Shown: positions 41,201-54,200 of the stretch, piece after piece
Layout of the letters: each line of letters begins with the position of its first letter
Position numbering within the stretch: position 1 is the stretch's first letter
Source of the DNA: Polymyxa betae A26-41
Taxonomy: Eukaryota > Protista > Endomyxa: Phytomyxea
Assembly (NCBI GenBank): GCA_003693705.1
Contig: RBZT01000664.1
Span: 1-59,092 of the forward strand
Direction of reading: 5' to 3'
DNA length: 59,092 nucleotides
Translations under genes and position numbers: made by a program
The notes under the pieces: generated by a model
Seen by the model: the letters and a program-made list of their open reading frames with translations, nothing else
What the model was told of the DNA's origin: nothing
Databases searched by the model: none

Positions 41201-43706
41201 TTGTCATGATAGGAATATTCCATTGTCTCTCCATTGCATGCATGCTGATGTTGAACTTTGAATATTCTGTGGCAGATGATCCGGTAGCCTCAGGCTCTTC
41301 GGGAAAGAAAGCGAGGGAAGCGGTAGAAATGGCGTCTGGCCTGGAGCGTTCTGATCGCGCTCACATCGTTGAGTTTTCAGGTGGGTGTGCTGCTACGCTA
41401 CTTGGTCATTTTTTTTATGCTCTTCTAGATAACGCATTAACAGTCGTTCCATCAATGATCAAGCCCCCAAAAAATTTGGAAGCTTCCCAAGGAATCTGTA
41501 TGGTTGCTCGCCAGATCAATTACCACGTTGGAGACCTACATCTGTTAAAGAACATCAATCTTTTCGCAAAACCCGGCATGCTTATAGCCATGGTAACTTT
41601 CCAAATGCGGCTCTTCAGTTTCAATGTGCCAACTTCCTATAGATGGGAGCTTCCGGTGCTGGCAAATCTACATTGATCGACGTTTTGGCTCAGAGGAAAA
41701 CAACTGGAACCATAACAGGTTCCATCACTGTCAACGGTCAGACTCTGAGTAGATCAAACTTACGCAGACTCTGTGCATATGTTGAACAGTTCGATTCATT
41801 ACCTGCTTTTTGCACTGTATGTTTTTTTGTTTTTGTGTTGCATACTTTGCTCAGTCTGCCATACAGGTGCGTGAGATTATAGAGTGTAATGCCAAGTTAC
41901 GGTTGCCTGCTGATTATAGTCCTGAAAAGAGAACTAAACTCGTTAACGAGTTACTAGAAAGCCTACATCTATCTCACGTTCAACATGAAATCGCAAATGG
42001 TTTAAGCGGGTTGGTTTTGACGTACCAACTTGATAACGAACGCTGCTAATCAGTTGCTAGTGCTGTTCGAAAGAAGGTTTCAATTGCTGCTGAGCTGGCC
42101 TCTATTCAGCCGCAAACTGGAATCCTATTTTGTGTTAGACATTCGGTCAACTCTTATATAATTGCTGAGGATTTGCTCAGGACGAGCCAACTACTGGACT
42201 GGATTCTCCAGCGGCAATGGATATTGTCACTAGCATCTCTCGTGTTTCAGAGCACACTCCAGTGATTTGTACGATTCATCAGGTTGCTTACTGTTTCATC
42301 ATTTCGTTAATTGTCCTCACAATGCCTTTAGCCTTCAATGGAGCTGATGACATCGTTTAACTGGATTTTGCTTCTCCGAGCTGGTGGTATTCCTGTTTAT
42401 TTCGGACCGACCTGCGAAGTCGCTGACTTCTGTGTTAAATCTGGTACCTTTTGCTTTTTACAAAACAGCTCTCGGTTTGCTTATATTCATGCCCAAGGAT
42501 ACCCTCCTCTGATGGAAAAAGAGAACCTCGCTGAGTACGTGCTACGTACGATATGCAAAGGGCCCCCTAAAGAGGATTCTTTTGCACTCGATCCTCTTTC
42601 TGTGCCTCTGCCAGATAAAGATTCTCTCCCGGATTCTCCTCCTTTTCAGTTCCGCCAGGTTTCATGGTTCCGCAGGTTCCGAACTCTTCTGGAGAGACGT
42701 TTCAAATGCGAGCTTCGTGACAAATATGCTCTTTATGCAAGGCTTTGCTGCTCGACATTTTTTGGCCTGGTTTTGGGATCGATATTCTACCAGCTTCCTC
42801 TAACGTACGCTGGCATGATGGCCAGAGTATCGTTTTTCTTCTGCATTGGTTTGTATGTCTCTCTTCGCATTGGATGATGCTAATAGGAGTATAGTGAATA
42901 ATGTCACATGGTCTCAATGCGCAAAGGTTTCGAACATCGTTAACGACAGACCAAGTTATTACCGAGAATTAGCTTTGGGAATGTCTGCATAATCTATCTC
43001 TTTGCCTTTAGAATGATATTGAGCATTATCTTAGGTATGACGAGAGCGCGTATTTTCTGTCGTGGTCGCTTGCGGAAACCCCGTTCCTCATTGCCCAGGT
43101 ATATCTTGTGCTCCGAACAAAATCGCTGTATTTGTCAGACTTACAAAATCTTTAGGTATTCTGTGCTTCCGTCGCGCCATATTTCCTTGCTGGGATGTCA
43201 CCCTCGCCATCGACATTTTTATCCTACTTTTTGACAATGTGGCTGGTTACTGAATCCGCTTCTGGAGGTATCCATTTCTTAACAGCTCTCTCACCGAACA
43301 CTATTATTTCGAATGGATTGATTACCGCTGTATACACGACCTTCATGGCGTTTTCAGGTTTCTTACTTGTTTACTCGGTAAGTTGGTTTTGCAAACTGTA
43401 TCTGGTTAACTATTGAGCTCCAGTTAACAGGCGATGTCGAGCTTCACGATGGTGTTTTTCTACATCTCTTTCTTTAGGTACGCCGTTTTCTCTTCTGTTG
43501 CTGGAGAAGCCAGTACGCTATCTCCGGACGCTTTCATGTGCGACATCCATGGGGTGGGAATCAATTGCAGAGACGACATACTGCATCAATACGGCATCCA
43601 TATCGATGGACAGTGGCTTTATATTGCAGAACTCTGCTGTGTTCTGATTGCTTTCCGAATTTTAGCTATCATTGCTTTGAAAGCAATCAAGCATATCAAA
43701 AGATGA
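38202..43706 (+). CDS. Full-size ABCG (PDR-like) transporter, NBD-TMD-NBD-TMD, many introns
   Basis: NBD1 ISGGERRRLTIG and DSPTNGLDS; TMD1 exons; NBD2 MGASGAGKSTL, AYVEQFD, DEPTTGLDS, CTIHQPS; TMD2 exons. Confidence 0.95.
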
Positions 43707-44642
43707 TATGATAAACATCACCGGGATGTCCTAACCCTGACAACCTTCTGGAATCCCGTAGTGTCCACAACTTGTCATGCTGTCTGTTGGAACCATTCCG
43801 ACTGTGTTGTTTCTTTATATTGTCATTGAGTGCAAGAACGGATGACAAGCCTTAGATTGTTGAGAGAGAAAATAATGAAATGGGTTTTGGGGTTGGCATT
43901 GGGTTTCTGCAAATCTCTTTACACTAAAGACATTGCAGCGTACATTTGCCGTGTTCCCAATCTTCGTCAGTATTCGTTGATGTCTCCTTTTCAAGCATAT
44001 GAATCATAATCCTTTGATGACGAATCTGCCACGATGCTTACTCTTTTGCAGTAAGTTATCATGGATATTGGCATTATATTACAGAACTTTGACTTGTTCG
44101 AATTGCATTCCGAATTTTAGCTATCATCACGTTGAGAGCAATCAACAAGATGATATGATAAATATCGCCGAGCTACGACCGAGACTACTCACTGCACAGA
44201 ACGAAAATGAGATGAATTCACCGATCGCTGCATTTGTTTCACGCAAAGAGGTAGAACTCGTTGGCGAACAGTCCAAATGCTGGTGCCTCTTTTCAACATT
44301 GGCATCTTAGCGCAAGAATGGAAATCGTTACAATCTACCACGAAGTAGCCATCTTGTAACACGAAGCAGGTGCAACATATCCCACTATGACAGGCAGAAG
44401 CAATCGTACAGCAGTACCCGGCTCGTCCCGTTCGCTCCTGAAACGATTCCCTATATTGACATAACGCCAAATCCTCATATTCAATTCCCTGTATTGATTT
44501 ACTCTATTCCAGAGTATATCAATTGGCCTGACCGGCTGCGAGCCAGCACAGGGACCACCACTCACCTGGTACGGTGACGGTGACAGCGTTACAGCGACGC
44601 AGTCCGCTTTTCCCCTTTCAGTTGAAGTCGTTGCCCTCTTGA

Positions 44643-45467
44643 ATGGCAACGCCGATCCTCGTCCAAGGGGCAGGCCGGGCGTTCATGCCTGGTCTAATGG
44701 CCGGGCTCATGGGCAGCGCCGGCATCCAATATGGGCCGCAGCTGTTCAAGAAGGACAGCGACGCCTCGCAGCTGGCTGCCGCTCTGGCTGCAATCCGTCA
44801 GGGTCCCGGCGTCACAGTCGTCACGAGTCCGAACGGCGGGAGCAGAATTCCATCGCTTTCATTAGCTGCCGTCTGCTTATCAGGAGTCGGGCTGATTACA
44901 CTGAAGCTCGCTGGCGTCTCGCTGACTTCGTTTTTCTGGGTCACCCGCCGTCACTTCCGCAAGGGTATGATAACTCTTGAGAAAGGAATGGATGGATTAT
45001 CGAAACGTATCACCGAGGTTCGCGTCGGATTACTATCGAAAATCGAGCAGGTCATGGGCAAACAGGACAAGCTTGCGGCTTCTCAGCAAGAAATTCGAAG
45101 TGACCTGAATTCGCTCTCTATCAAAGTCGGCGAAGTCGAAGGTGGTATCAACTGTGTTAAAGGCGTCGTTGATGCCGTCGCCCAGAAGATTGATAGTGTC
45201 GAAGTGAAAGTCGACGAATCTACGGCCATGCTGCAAGAAGCTAATCGTGGTGTGCTTCTATTGTGCCGTATCGTCAGCAACACGATCGAGAGTCGGGAAA
45301 CGTCTTTCGAGGAGGCGAAGATGTTGCGAGAATTCGCCGAAAAACGAAGTATTGAACCAGGCAAGCTGTCATTCTTTTCCGCAACGAAAACGGATTTCAA
45401 AGATGTCGTCACATCAATGCCTTTTGGCTGCCGCTCTAATTTCAACAAAAACTGGATCCATACTTAA
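44643..45467 (+). CDS. DUF1664-like (bZIP-like) membrane-anchored coiled-coil protein
   Basis: Intronless 274-aa ORF with a TM-like segment, then FWVTRRHF...LSKRI heptad repeats and ANRGVLLLC, the pattern of DUF1664 proteins. Confidence 0.65.
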   Translation: MATPILVQGAGRAFMPGLMAGLMGSAGIQYGPQLFKKDSDASQLAAALAAIRQGPGVTVVTSPNGGSRIPSLSLAAVCLSGVGLITLKLAGVSLTSFFWVTRRHFRKGMITLEKGMDGLSKRITEVRVGLLSKIEQVMGKQDKLAASQQEIRSDLNSLSIKVGEVEGGINCVKGVVDAVAQKIDSVEVKVDESTAMLQEANRGVLLLCRIVSNTIESRETSFEEAKMLREFAEKRSIEPGKLSFFSATKTDFKDVVTSMPFGCRSNFNKNWIHT

Positions 45468-45641
45468 TATTTTCAATCTTGAAGAATATCCACAATTAAA
45501 ATAAAACTATTCATTGTTTCACACCTAAATTAATCCAAGCACGATTGGCCGATTGCTATTGTCGTAATACCAAGTACTCAAAACTGGTCACTTTTTTACA
45601 AGCAATCACGATAAATTTTTTATATTAAGAGCTTGAATAAA

Positions 45642-48600
45642 TTATTGTTTGCATCTGTCTTTCCATTCCTCAATCCTCTCTTGCAACTCAACATCTAAAA
45701 AAAAAATAGATTAGCACACTCAAACCAATCATATTCCTACTTGGGAGGAGCATTTCAAGAGTCAAAGGCTCACGACAAAATGGATCTGATCTTGAGGATA
45801 AGAGATGTCGGCAAATGACGGCTCGATCCATGGTCACCCCCGAGCTTGGCAAAATAACTGGATCTTCCATAAGGGTATTGAGGATCGGATCCAGAAATTC
45901 ATCGGGAACATCTCCAAGCTCTACAGCGTTAAATGAGTATAGATGTCATTCAGGTGAAACCACGAATACCTTCTCGCATGTTCTTTTGCTGCTCGCACAG
46001 AGCGACAAGCTCATCAAAGTACTTTTCGAGATCTGTAAGAAAATGGGGATACCAGGGGTCGGAATGGTCGATCAGGGACTCCGATTGTCGTAATATCTGT
46101 AAGCAATTCGGGAATAGATCAGGCCTGAACGATTGCTCGTCGGAAACAACTGCCTGTGACACAGTTAGCACTTGGGCCTTCATGGATAGAAATAAATACC
46201 AAGTTGAATTGATGGTACGGGCTCAGATTTACATACAGCTGTCCGAATGCCTTCAGCCAGTTAGTTGGCACGAACCCCAATGTAGCAAGAGCCTCCCGCT
46301 CGGCGACAGGTATGATATCCACTAGTTTAGCCATATAATGAGAGATCATCTGTGCTATTCGTTCCACCATCTCTGGTCTCATCAAAATCATCTGAACGCC
46401 TACAGAGGATTCAGCACATAGTTGGAAGCAGAGCATTATTCGTTACATGGGAATGAGGCAAGATTCAAAAGCGTCCTAAGAGTTTCGTTTGAAAGCGTCG
46501 TAACAATCCGCAAATGGCGGCGAATTGGACCCGAGTTTCTAGCCTACAGCTCATTAGAAATTTCGCAATAGTGATAGCAAACCAGCAATTACATCATTGC
46601 TACGACCGGTTTCGTAGAACTGTTCCGACTTCAGGAGAACTTCGTCCATGACGAACACCATATCGGATACCAGACAATGAATGAATTGCAGCGCCTCATC
46701 ATGATTGTTTTTGCTGAAAACTAATGTTAATTTGATGACAGAGTTCAGAAGTCAAAAGAAGCGATACAAAAAAGGCGGAGATTTTATGACGAGGATAAAC
46801 TTCAAAACAACTTGCGCGAAAAATTGGTAAACATACCAGTAATGAGAGAGTGTATGTTTGTGAGTGTCAGACAGGATCACATAATTGATGACAAGCTCCA
46901 GCAGGTTCCGTATCTATAAAAGCACAATATTAACAAGGTAAAACACACCGGTAGCTGGAGAAACTCACATTGAATTTGTCGTAAAACTGAGAAGTCGAGC
47001 CACTATGTTCTGCCAGAATATAGTGACGAATGAGTGCAGGCAGCAGGCGATCGACCATGAAACTTAACGATGATGAGAACAAAGATATTGCAAAAAATGC
47101 TGAACTTACCGATCAGTGGTGATCAAAGTGTTAAAGCGTTGAGACCCAGGACCGTGTGATGTGGGAATCGGTGCCAAACCGCACAGTACTTCAACGAACT
47201 TCGATCGAAGATGCGGGTTCCTTACGTAATCTGGACTACAAAAACTTAATAAAGCAAAACAAACTTTGGCAACATTGCAAATAACAACATTGCAAATAAA
47301 CTCGAATCAGGCAAGAAGTAACTGAGGAATGCAAAAAAAATCAAACAAGCAGCAAACCTGGCGATTAACGAGACAAACAGGCGTAGAATGAAGGCACAGT
47401 GATGATCTTCCGTAAATTCAGGATTGCTTGCCGGCGGCAAAGCGGCCTCTAACGCAGCGCAATCATTTTCACAAAGGAACAGGCAGAAGGCAGCCATGTC
47501 TTCGAGAAAATACTCCGGAATCATAGCAAATTCTTTTGGGCAGGGCTCCGGTAAAGGAAATGCAGGACCGCCAATCAGTATCAAAACGAATCGTGCGCTA
47601 AGACCGTAAAACGCAAGCGTGGTTCTCAGCATGATGGGGTCGAGCAATTCCACAGCCATGGTAAGCTTCATTTTAAGTATAGAAGAAAACTGCGGATTAG
47701 ACCGATTAGAACCTGCCAAGATTGATCAGTCAACGGTGAAGAGCAAAGCTAGTAGCTGCCTAAAAATATATTGACACTACAAAAGCCCAAAAACAGCAAA
47801 GAGCGCAAACACCGACCAGAGCTTTGAATTGTTTGAACGAGTGAGCTGTATCTGGAGCAGGTTTGAATAACGCCCAGATGAAGAGCGTGCATGGTGAGAA
47901 AGAACCATTCACTATGCAGATCGACACCAAAGCTTCCGGTGACTGCATTCGGATAGATCGGAATTGCAGGCAACGTTTCCGTCCATGGGCCCGGACGAAC
48001 TGGCTGCATAAGCTGCATAAAAGTATGATCCGGCGGGTGCGACTGTCGCACTTGCTCTTGCGATTCGCAATCGCTGCACAGATCAAAGGTTGCAGGACAG
48101 TTGATGCAAACAAACCGGATTCTGAAAGAATCTTACATAAGCACAAAAAACGCAGAGTTAAAAAAACAGAGTGGAGGGAATTTCAGATCCTGCAAACATC
48201 GCAAACCTACAAATGGAAAGAAAAATGACAAACAGGAGATTTGATGAGTTACCCTCGAATAGGCGAAACATTACAGGCTTTGCAGCGCGTACCTTCGTGA
48301 ACGACCAATTCCTGCTACAATCAGCAAACAGAAATCTGAAGAGGAAGGAATGACTACCTGATCAATTGGTGCCTCGCTGAGGAGCTCGGGAATTGCCATG
48401 TGCAGGGTTCGTTTCCAGGGACTGCAAGTGATCATGCGCCTGATTTTCAACATTACATGATGAAGATGGTCGTGATTGTCGGGATGCTCGCGTTGTATAT
48501 GTTCGTGCAGATTGGAGTGAACAGAATCGACATTGTTGACTAACGGTTTAAATTAAATCACAAGATGGTGGACAAAGCAACATTACTGGAGCAGATAGGA

Positions 48601-50440
48601 CACCTTAATGGAGAGTGATTTTCGTGATGAGCAACAATCACGTGAGATCGAAGCTCAGATTCCGAGAAACTGGTTGTTACAGGATTTGTACGACATTGCC
48701 GAAAAGGGCATTGGTACGTTGTTGGAGGTTGCGTTGGGTGTCCCAAAGTCCTCATATACATCTCGTGATCGCACTGCTTACCATTCAGGAATTGAGAGGC
48801 TAGCACAACAGTTAAGCAGACCTTCTCACATAAGTCGAAGTCTTGACAGTGGATGCATTTGTATCTGATTCCTTGAATGCACCGCGATCGACATAGATCG
48901 CCTATATACAGATTAAGCATAAAAACTCACATAAAGACGTTTGCATCGTCCTACAAATTATGCCATAATGCGAGTCGTTGATAACCGTTCGAAAAAAATT
49001 TTGATCAGAATCCGATTGTGGAACACCTCGCCTGTTTTCCATTATTTCTTGGACCTAAAAGAATAATGTTGATAAAAGCGAAGAATGCTCAAATTACAAT
49101 AAAAGCACAAACTTCTGAGAGCGGAGCATAGATCCTGGTCTCGTTCTCTCCTAAATCCAATCGCGAGCGTGACATAAAAAAGTCAGGCTTAATTTTGTCG
49201 GCTTCAACTTTGAGCACATTTAGGGCAATATTGGTCATCAGGACGCAAACGCTCATAAGAAACTCGTCTGCGCAAGAATTAGACACGACATGAGGCCGAT
49301 ATGAACAAGTACTTGTCGAGCCAGCCCGATTCCTGGAGCGTAGACGTGCACGACCCCAGTTGCCGTGCAGGATGCAAGCGATCCACGCTAACAATGATGA
49401 GCGACAAACGCCATCCTCAGACAGCATTTCTCGCCAGATACTCTCCAGAATCGAATGCACTCTATAGCCATTCAGAATGAATGGTTTCAGGAAAAAGAGA
49501 GCAAAAGGGAGATAGAATTTGTGATAAAAATTGAGCAGAATAATTCGCAACAGAATAGAGAATAAAAAAGCAATCCGTGAAAAAGTGCAATATGCAATGA
49601 CAATAACCTGTCAAGTTTGTGCCGAAGATTGGTGGTATTGATGAGGATATGTTGCTCAGACATTGAGTCGGCTTGAGCGAATACCGCGTCAGCAACCGAG
49701 AAATCGCGTTCTGTTAGAGTCGACAGGCGAAGAAAGACGCCCATGATACTGTCGAATTCAAAATTCGGGCCATTAATCCAGGACGTGATGAAATCAGGAA
49801 GCGTTGAGAGAGTCTGCAGTACCCGCCGGCTACATAAAAGCAGACGACGAAGTCCTCGGAGCTGATCCTGATATGTACTGCTTAACAGATTCTCTTTTCG
49901 AATGGCGTTAACCAAAGTATTAACAACGATATTGACAGCGTCGCGAATCTCTTCAGTCGTCATCGAATTGAAAAGAGCGGATAAGAACACATCGTTAGCC
50001 GGTGTGATAGGCTCGTCGTCGCCTTCTGGCTTCACCAATGCCTTAACAGAGCGGTTATTAGCGCGACGATCTAGACAGAGCCAATCACAGAATGTCTGCG
50101 ATCCAAGCTGCCTGGCATCCGACATCGGAATCAGCTCAGGGCGGATGATAATCAGCTTCGCGTATCTCAACAAGATGCGGGCAAGCTGGTGGCATTCAAC
50201 GCGAGCGCTGGCGAAGCAGCCCTGGAGGAAATCGAAAGGGTCGGGGTCGCCCAGCCGATCGACGATAAAGGCGTCGATATTGTCGAATGACATACGGCGG
50301 GTGCGACCTTCAGTAACACGGTCCCATGATCGCCAATAGTCATCACTAGAGTAATCTAAAGGGAGCTGCAACAGACCGCGTAGGAGGGCATCTTCGTCAG
50401 CCGATGATGGAGACGATATCGTCGACGTCGGCAAATCCAT
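45642..50440 (-). CDS. Ubiquitin conjugation factor E4 (UFD2/UBE4-like U-box ligase) with internal ZZ and Di19-type zinc fingers
   Basis: UFD2 core motifs ([61 protein letters not shown]) and C-terminal U-box [44 protein letters not shown]. Confidence 0.92.
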
Positions 50441-51216
50441 ATGGATTTGCCTGATTGGGGCGTCGGCGACTCCCGGCACAGGCGGCCGACGAGATGTCAC
50501 TCGAGGACGATCAACTGGGATATGATATGCCCCAGGCAGAAACGAATGAAATTTGAAAATTAATTTTCGCACTATTTTTAGTGCCGCTCTGCGAACAGTC
50601 GAACACGTCTTTGGAATTCTTCGCCCGCTCATCCTTTGTGCTTCTTCGTATTTCTCCAACTGCAACGTTTTCATGGGTACTATCTATGCCCAACACCACA
50701 TGCGCCTGTCCAAGTGCAAGACATGGACGGCAATAGCATGCAGAATTTCAATCTCAGCACAGACTATAAATCATGATAGGGTAATTTGCTGCAAATGAAT
50801 TCCGAGACAGTAAAACCCTTTCAGTTTCTCAAGAACATAGGATTATATGATACATCACCATCGAATGACAGTTTTTCTGTCCGAAATGAAAGCTGTCCAC
50901 AGCATAAAACTCACAATCAAAGTTCGCACTTTACTGATGATCATTTCTTGTCTTTGCTGGACACAATAAACGCGTGCTTTGGAATAGTTTGCGTTTGCTG
51001 AGTGAGGTATAAAGTTGCAAACTGCTTCATCAGTTGCAGGGTGCGCGACCTACAAGGCTGCGCGTGCTGTCTTATTGTAACGGAAGGCAGCACTGCTTCG
51101 TGTTACCGGTAAACTGACATCGATTTAACTTCGCGCAATATTGCTTTTGGATCTAAAATCGTCTTAAGCAGACTCGTCACGATCGGTCGAGGCGAATCGT
51201 CGGGGCGACTCCAATC

Positions 51217-54200
51217 ATGGCCGCTGGACAGGAACCGCTTCGTCTTGCCGAAGTCTTGAACGTACGCATCGGCCGTGCCTTAGCTGCCCGACGCTTGCTA
51301 ACATTGAGCTAGCTCACGGCTCTGGGCATTAGGCCCGACCATATTAAGTTTAAAAATGTCTCGTTGGAGTCAGACAAATTCGTATCTGTGATTGAGGAAG
51401 GCACCGGCTCCGTTGCCATCGTTGATACCGTGACCAAGAAAGTGACGAAGTTACCTGCTCGGGTTGATTCTGCGATCATGAACCCTGTATCAATGGTTGT
51501 TGGATTTAGAGGTAAATTCGGGAGACGTATTTACTATTTCATTTCCTCTAAATTTTTTATTAGCGGGAAATAATCTGCAGATTTACAATCTCGAAATGCA
51601 AACCAGAATGAAGGTCGCGGCAATGAGCGACAACGTTGTGTTTTGGAAATGGTTGTTCTATCTCCAAATTTTTGTTGACTTTTCTCACAACTCGTCAGGA
51701 TTAACCCCAACACAATAGCCATTGTTACTGAGAAGACAGTATATCACTGGTCCATGGCTGGAGACGCTTCCCCTGTGAGAATCTTCGATCGTGCGGCCCA
51801 TGACGGCGCTGTTCAGATATTAAACTATAAGGTTTCGTGAGATGCAATCTTCCTGGACTGGCCGCTCAACTGTTTTGTAGGCGTCCTCGGATGAGAAATG
51901 GCTCATTCTCGGTGGATTGGCAGCTAAGCCCACTGGAGGTACTTTATCCATGCTTTTCCATTGAGCAGTGTTGACGATATAATAGGCGTCGCTGGTGCAT
52001 TGCAGCTGCACTCAGTCGAGCGTCAAGTGTCACAGCCGACACTTGATGCTCATGCTGGCACATTCGCCACAATCAAATTAGATGGGCGAGATACGCCCTC
52101 CACGCTGTTCTGTTTCGTGACCAACTCCCCGCAAGGGCCTAAAGTTCGTAGCAAGGCTCCTGATTATTTTATTTTTCTTATTTAGCGTTAGCTGTCGATC
52201 ATCGAAGTCGGTGCTCCTAAAGAGCAAGCCTTTAAAGCGATGACTGATGTGCGCTATCAAAATGATCAAGTATAAAGTCTGTTCATTTGGCAATTTCACT
52301 TTTTCATTTTCCTGCTTAAGGATTTCGCTCTTTCCATGCACTCCGATGATAAACATGGTACTCTGTTCCTGCTGACAAAAGCTGGTTTTTTGTATCTTTA
52401 CGAGATACAATCTACCAAGCTTATCTTTGCCAAACGAATTTCACAAGCCACGCTCTTCCTTTCGGTAAAACTTTAACTGCTTTTAAGAGCATGTCTGACG
52501 AAACTGTTAGGTACCTCACAATGAATCTAGTGGCATCGTCTCAATTGAGCAAACGGGTCGTCTTTTCCTAATGGCTCTTGACGAGCCTAATGTTGTTCCT
52601 TTTGTGATCAACACTTTAAAAGTATTGGGCTCTCCCGTTAGTTTCGAATGTTGATTTCGATGTAGGATGTTGAATTGGGTGTCCGAATGGCGGCAAGATA
52701 TAATCTGCCAGGAGCTGATGGCATATTTAAGTCTCAGTTCGAGAAATTAATGGCCAGTGGCCAAATTGCTGCGGCTGCTCGAATTGCGGTGGAGGCACCT
52801 CAGGAAATTCTTCGTACTCCAGATACTATCAATGCATTTAAGCGTCTTCCTGCTGTTCAGGGGCAACCTGCTCCAATCCTTCAGTATTTCTCGCTGCTGT
52901 TAAAGAAAGGTTATTTGACTGCCTCATTGACGTCATGTACCGAGTGATCGTCTCTAGGCAAACTAAATGCAATCGAATCGATTGAGCTGACCAGACCCGT
53001 TGTATCTTCTGGTTCACCTCAGGGCAAAGAACATCTCAGGGGCTGGATTGCCGAAGGCAAATTAGAATTCAGCGAAGAACTTGGCGATTTGCTACGCCAA
53101 TTTGATATCAAGTTAGCTTGTTCGGTTTATCTCCGGGCAAACTGTCCCGATAAGGTTATCATCTGTTTCTTACAGCTTGGAGAATTCGATAAGGTATTAC
53201 TAATTTTTTGTCGTGATTTCGACATTTAATTATCTGCAGATTATTGCATATGCTGCTAATGTCAAGCATACTCCAGACTATGCCATGCTGCTTCAGCAGC
53301 TCCACCGAATCAACCGTGACCAAGCGCTTAGTTTTGCACAAAAACTGAAGTTGGTTGACCTCACTGTTTCGTTTTCCTGGGTTTATTATGTACATAGCTC
53401 GACCGAGAATGGATCGCTGCTTCCGGTCAAGGACATTGTGGAAATTTTCATGGCTTCTCAGGACGCGAAATCTACTACTTCGTTCTTGTTGGATTACTTC
53501 ACCTCGCGCGGAGATCTTGCAGAAGACGCGGATCTTCAAACCAAACTGCTGGAAGTCAATCTAATGTTTTCACCTCAAGTATTTTGCTCGTTGCATAGTT
53601 TGTATCAGGCGTAATGTTATCTAGGTTGCCGATGCCATCCTTGGTTCAAATCAGTACAAGATCAGTCACTTTGACCACCAGCATATCGCTCAGCTATGTG
53701 AACGCGCCAACCTATTCAATCGAGCTTTGGAATACTACGTCGATATGGCTGATATCAAGCGTGTTCTGTTAATGGGTTCGTCATTGCTTCTTATTTGTTG
53801 TAAAGTCAAAGATTGTTTCCATAGGATTGAACTCGGGTATGATCAAACCGGAGACGATTCTTTCATATTTTGGTCGTCATACCCCTGAAAACTGTGTTGA
53901 GATTCTCCGCGAGATCATGAAATTTAACCCTGTCCAGGTTTGAGCCTTTTTCGTCATTAACTTGTAACTAATTTATGTAGCATTTACGTCTAGTTGTCGA
54001 AGTTGCAAAGACCTATTCTAAAGAGCTATCGCCTGCTGCTTTAATTAAAATGTTTGAAGACTTTGATTCTCAACAAGGCCTGTTCTTCTATCTTGGCTCT
54101 TTCGTCAATTACTGTGAAGATCCGGAAATTGTCTTCAAATACATTGAGGTAGCTTTGCTTACCTCCTAGTTTTATCGTTTACACTCATTTTTTTTATCTT

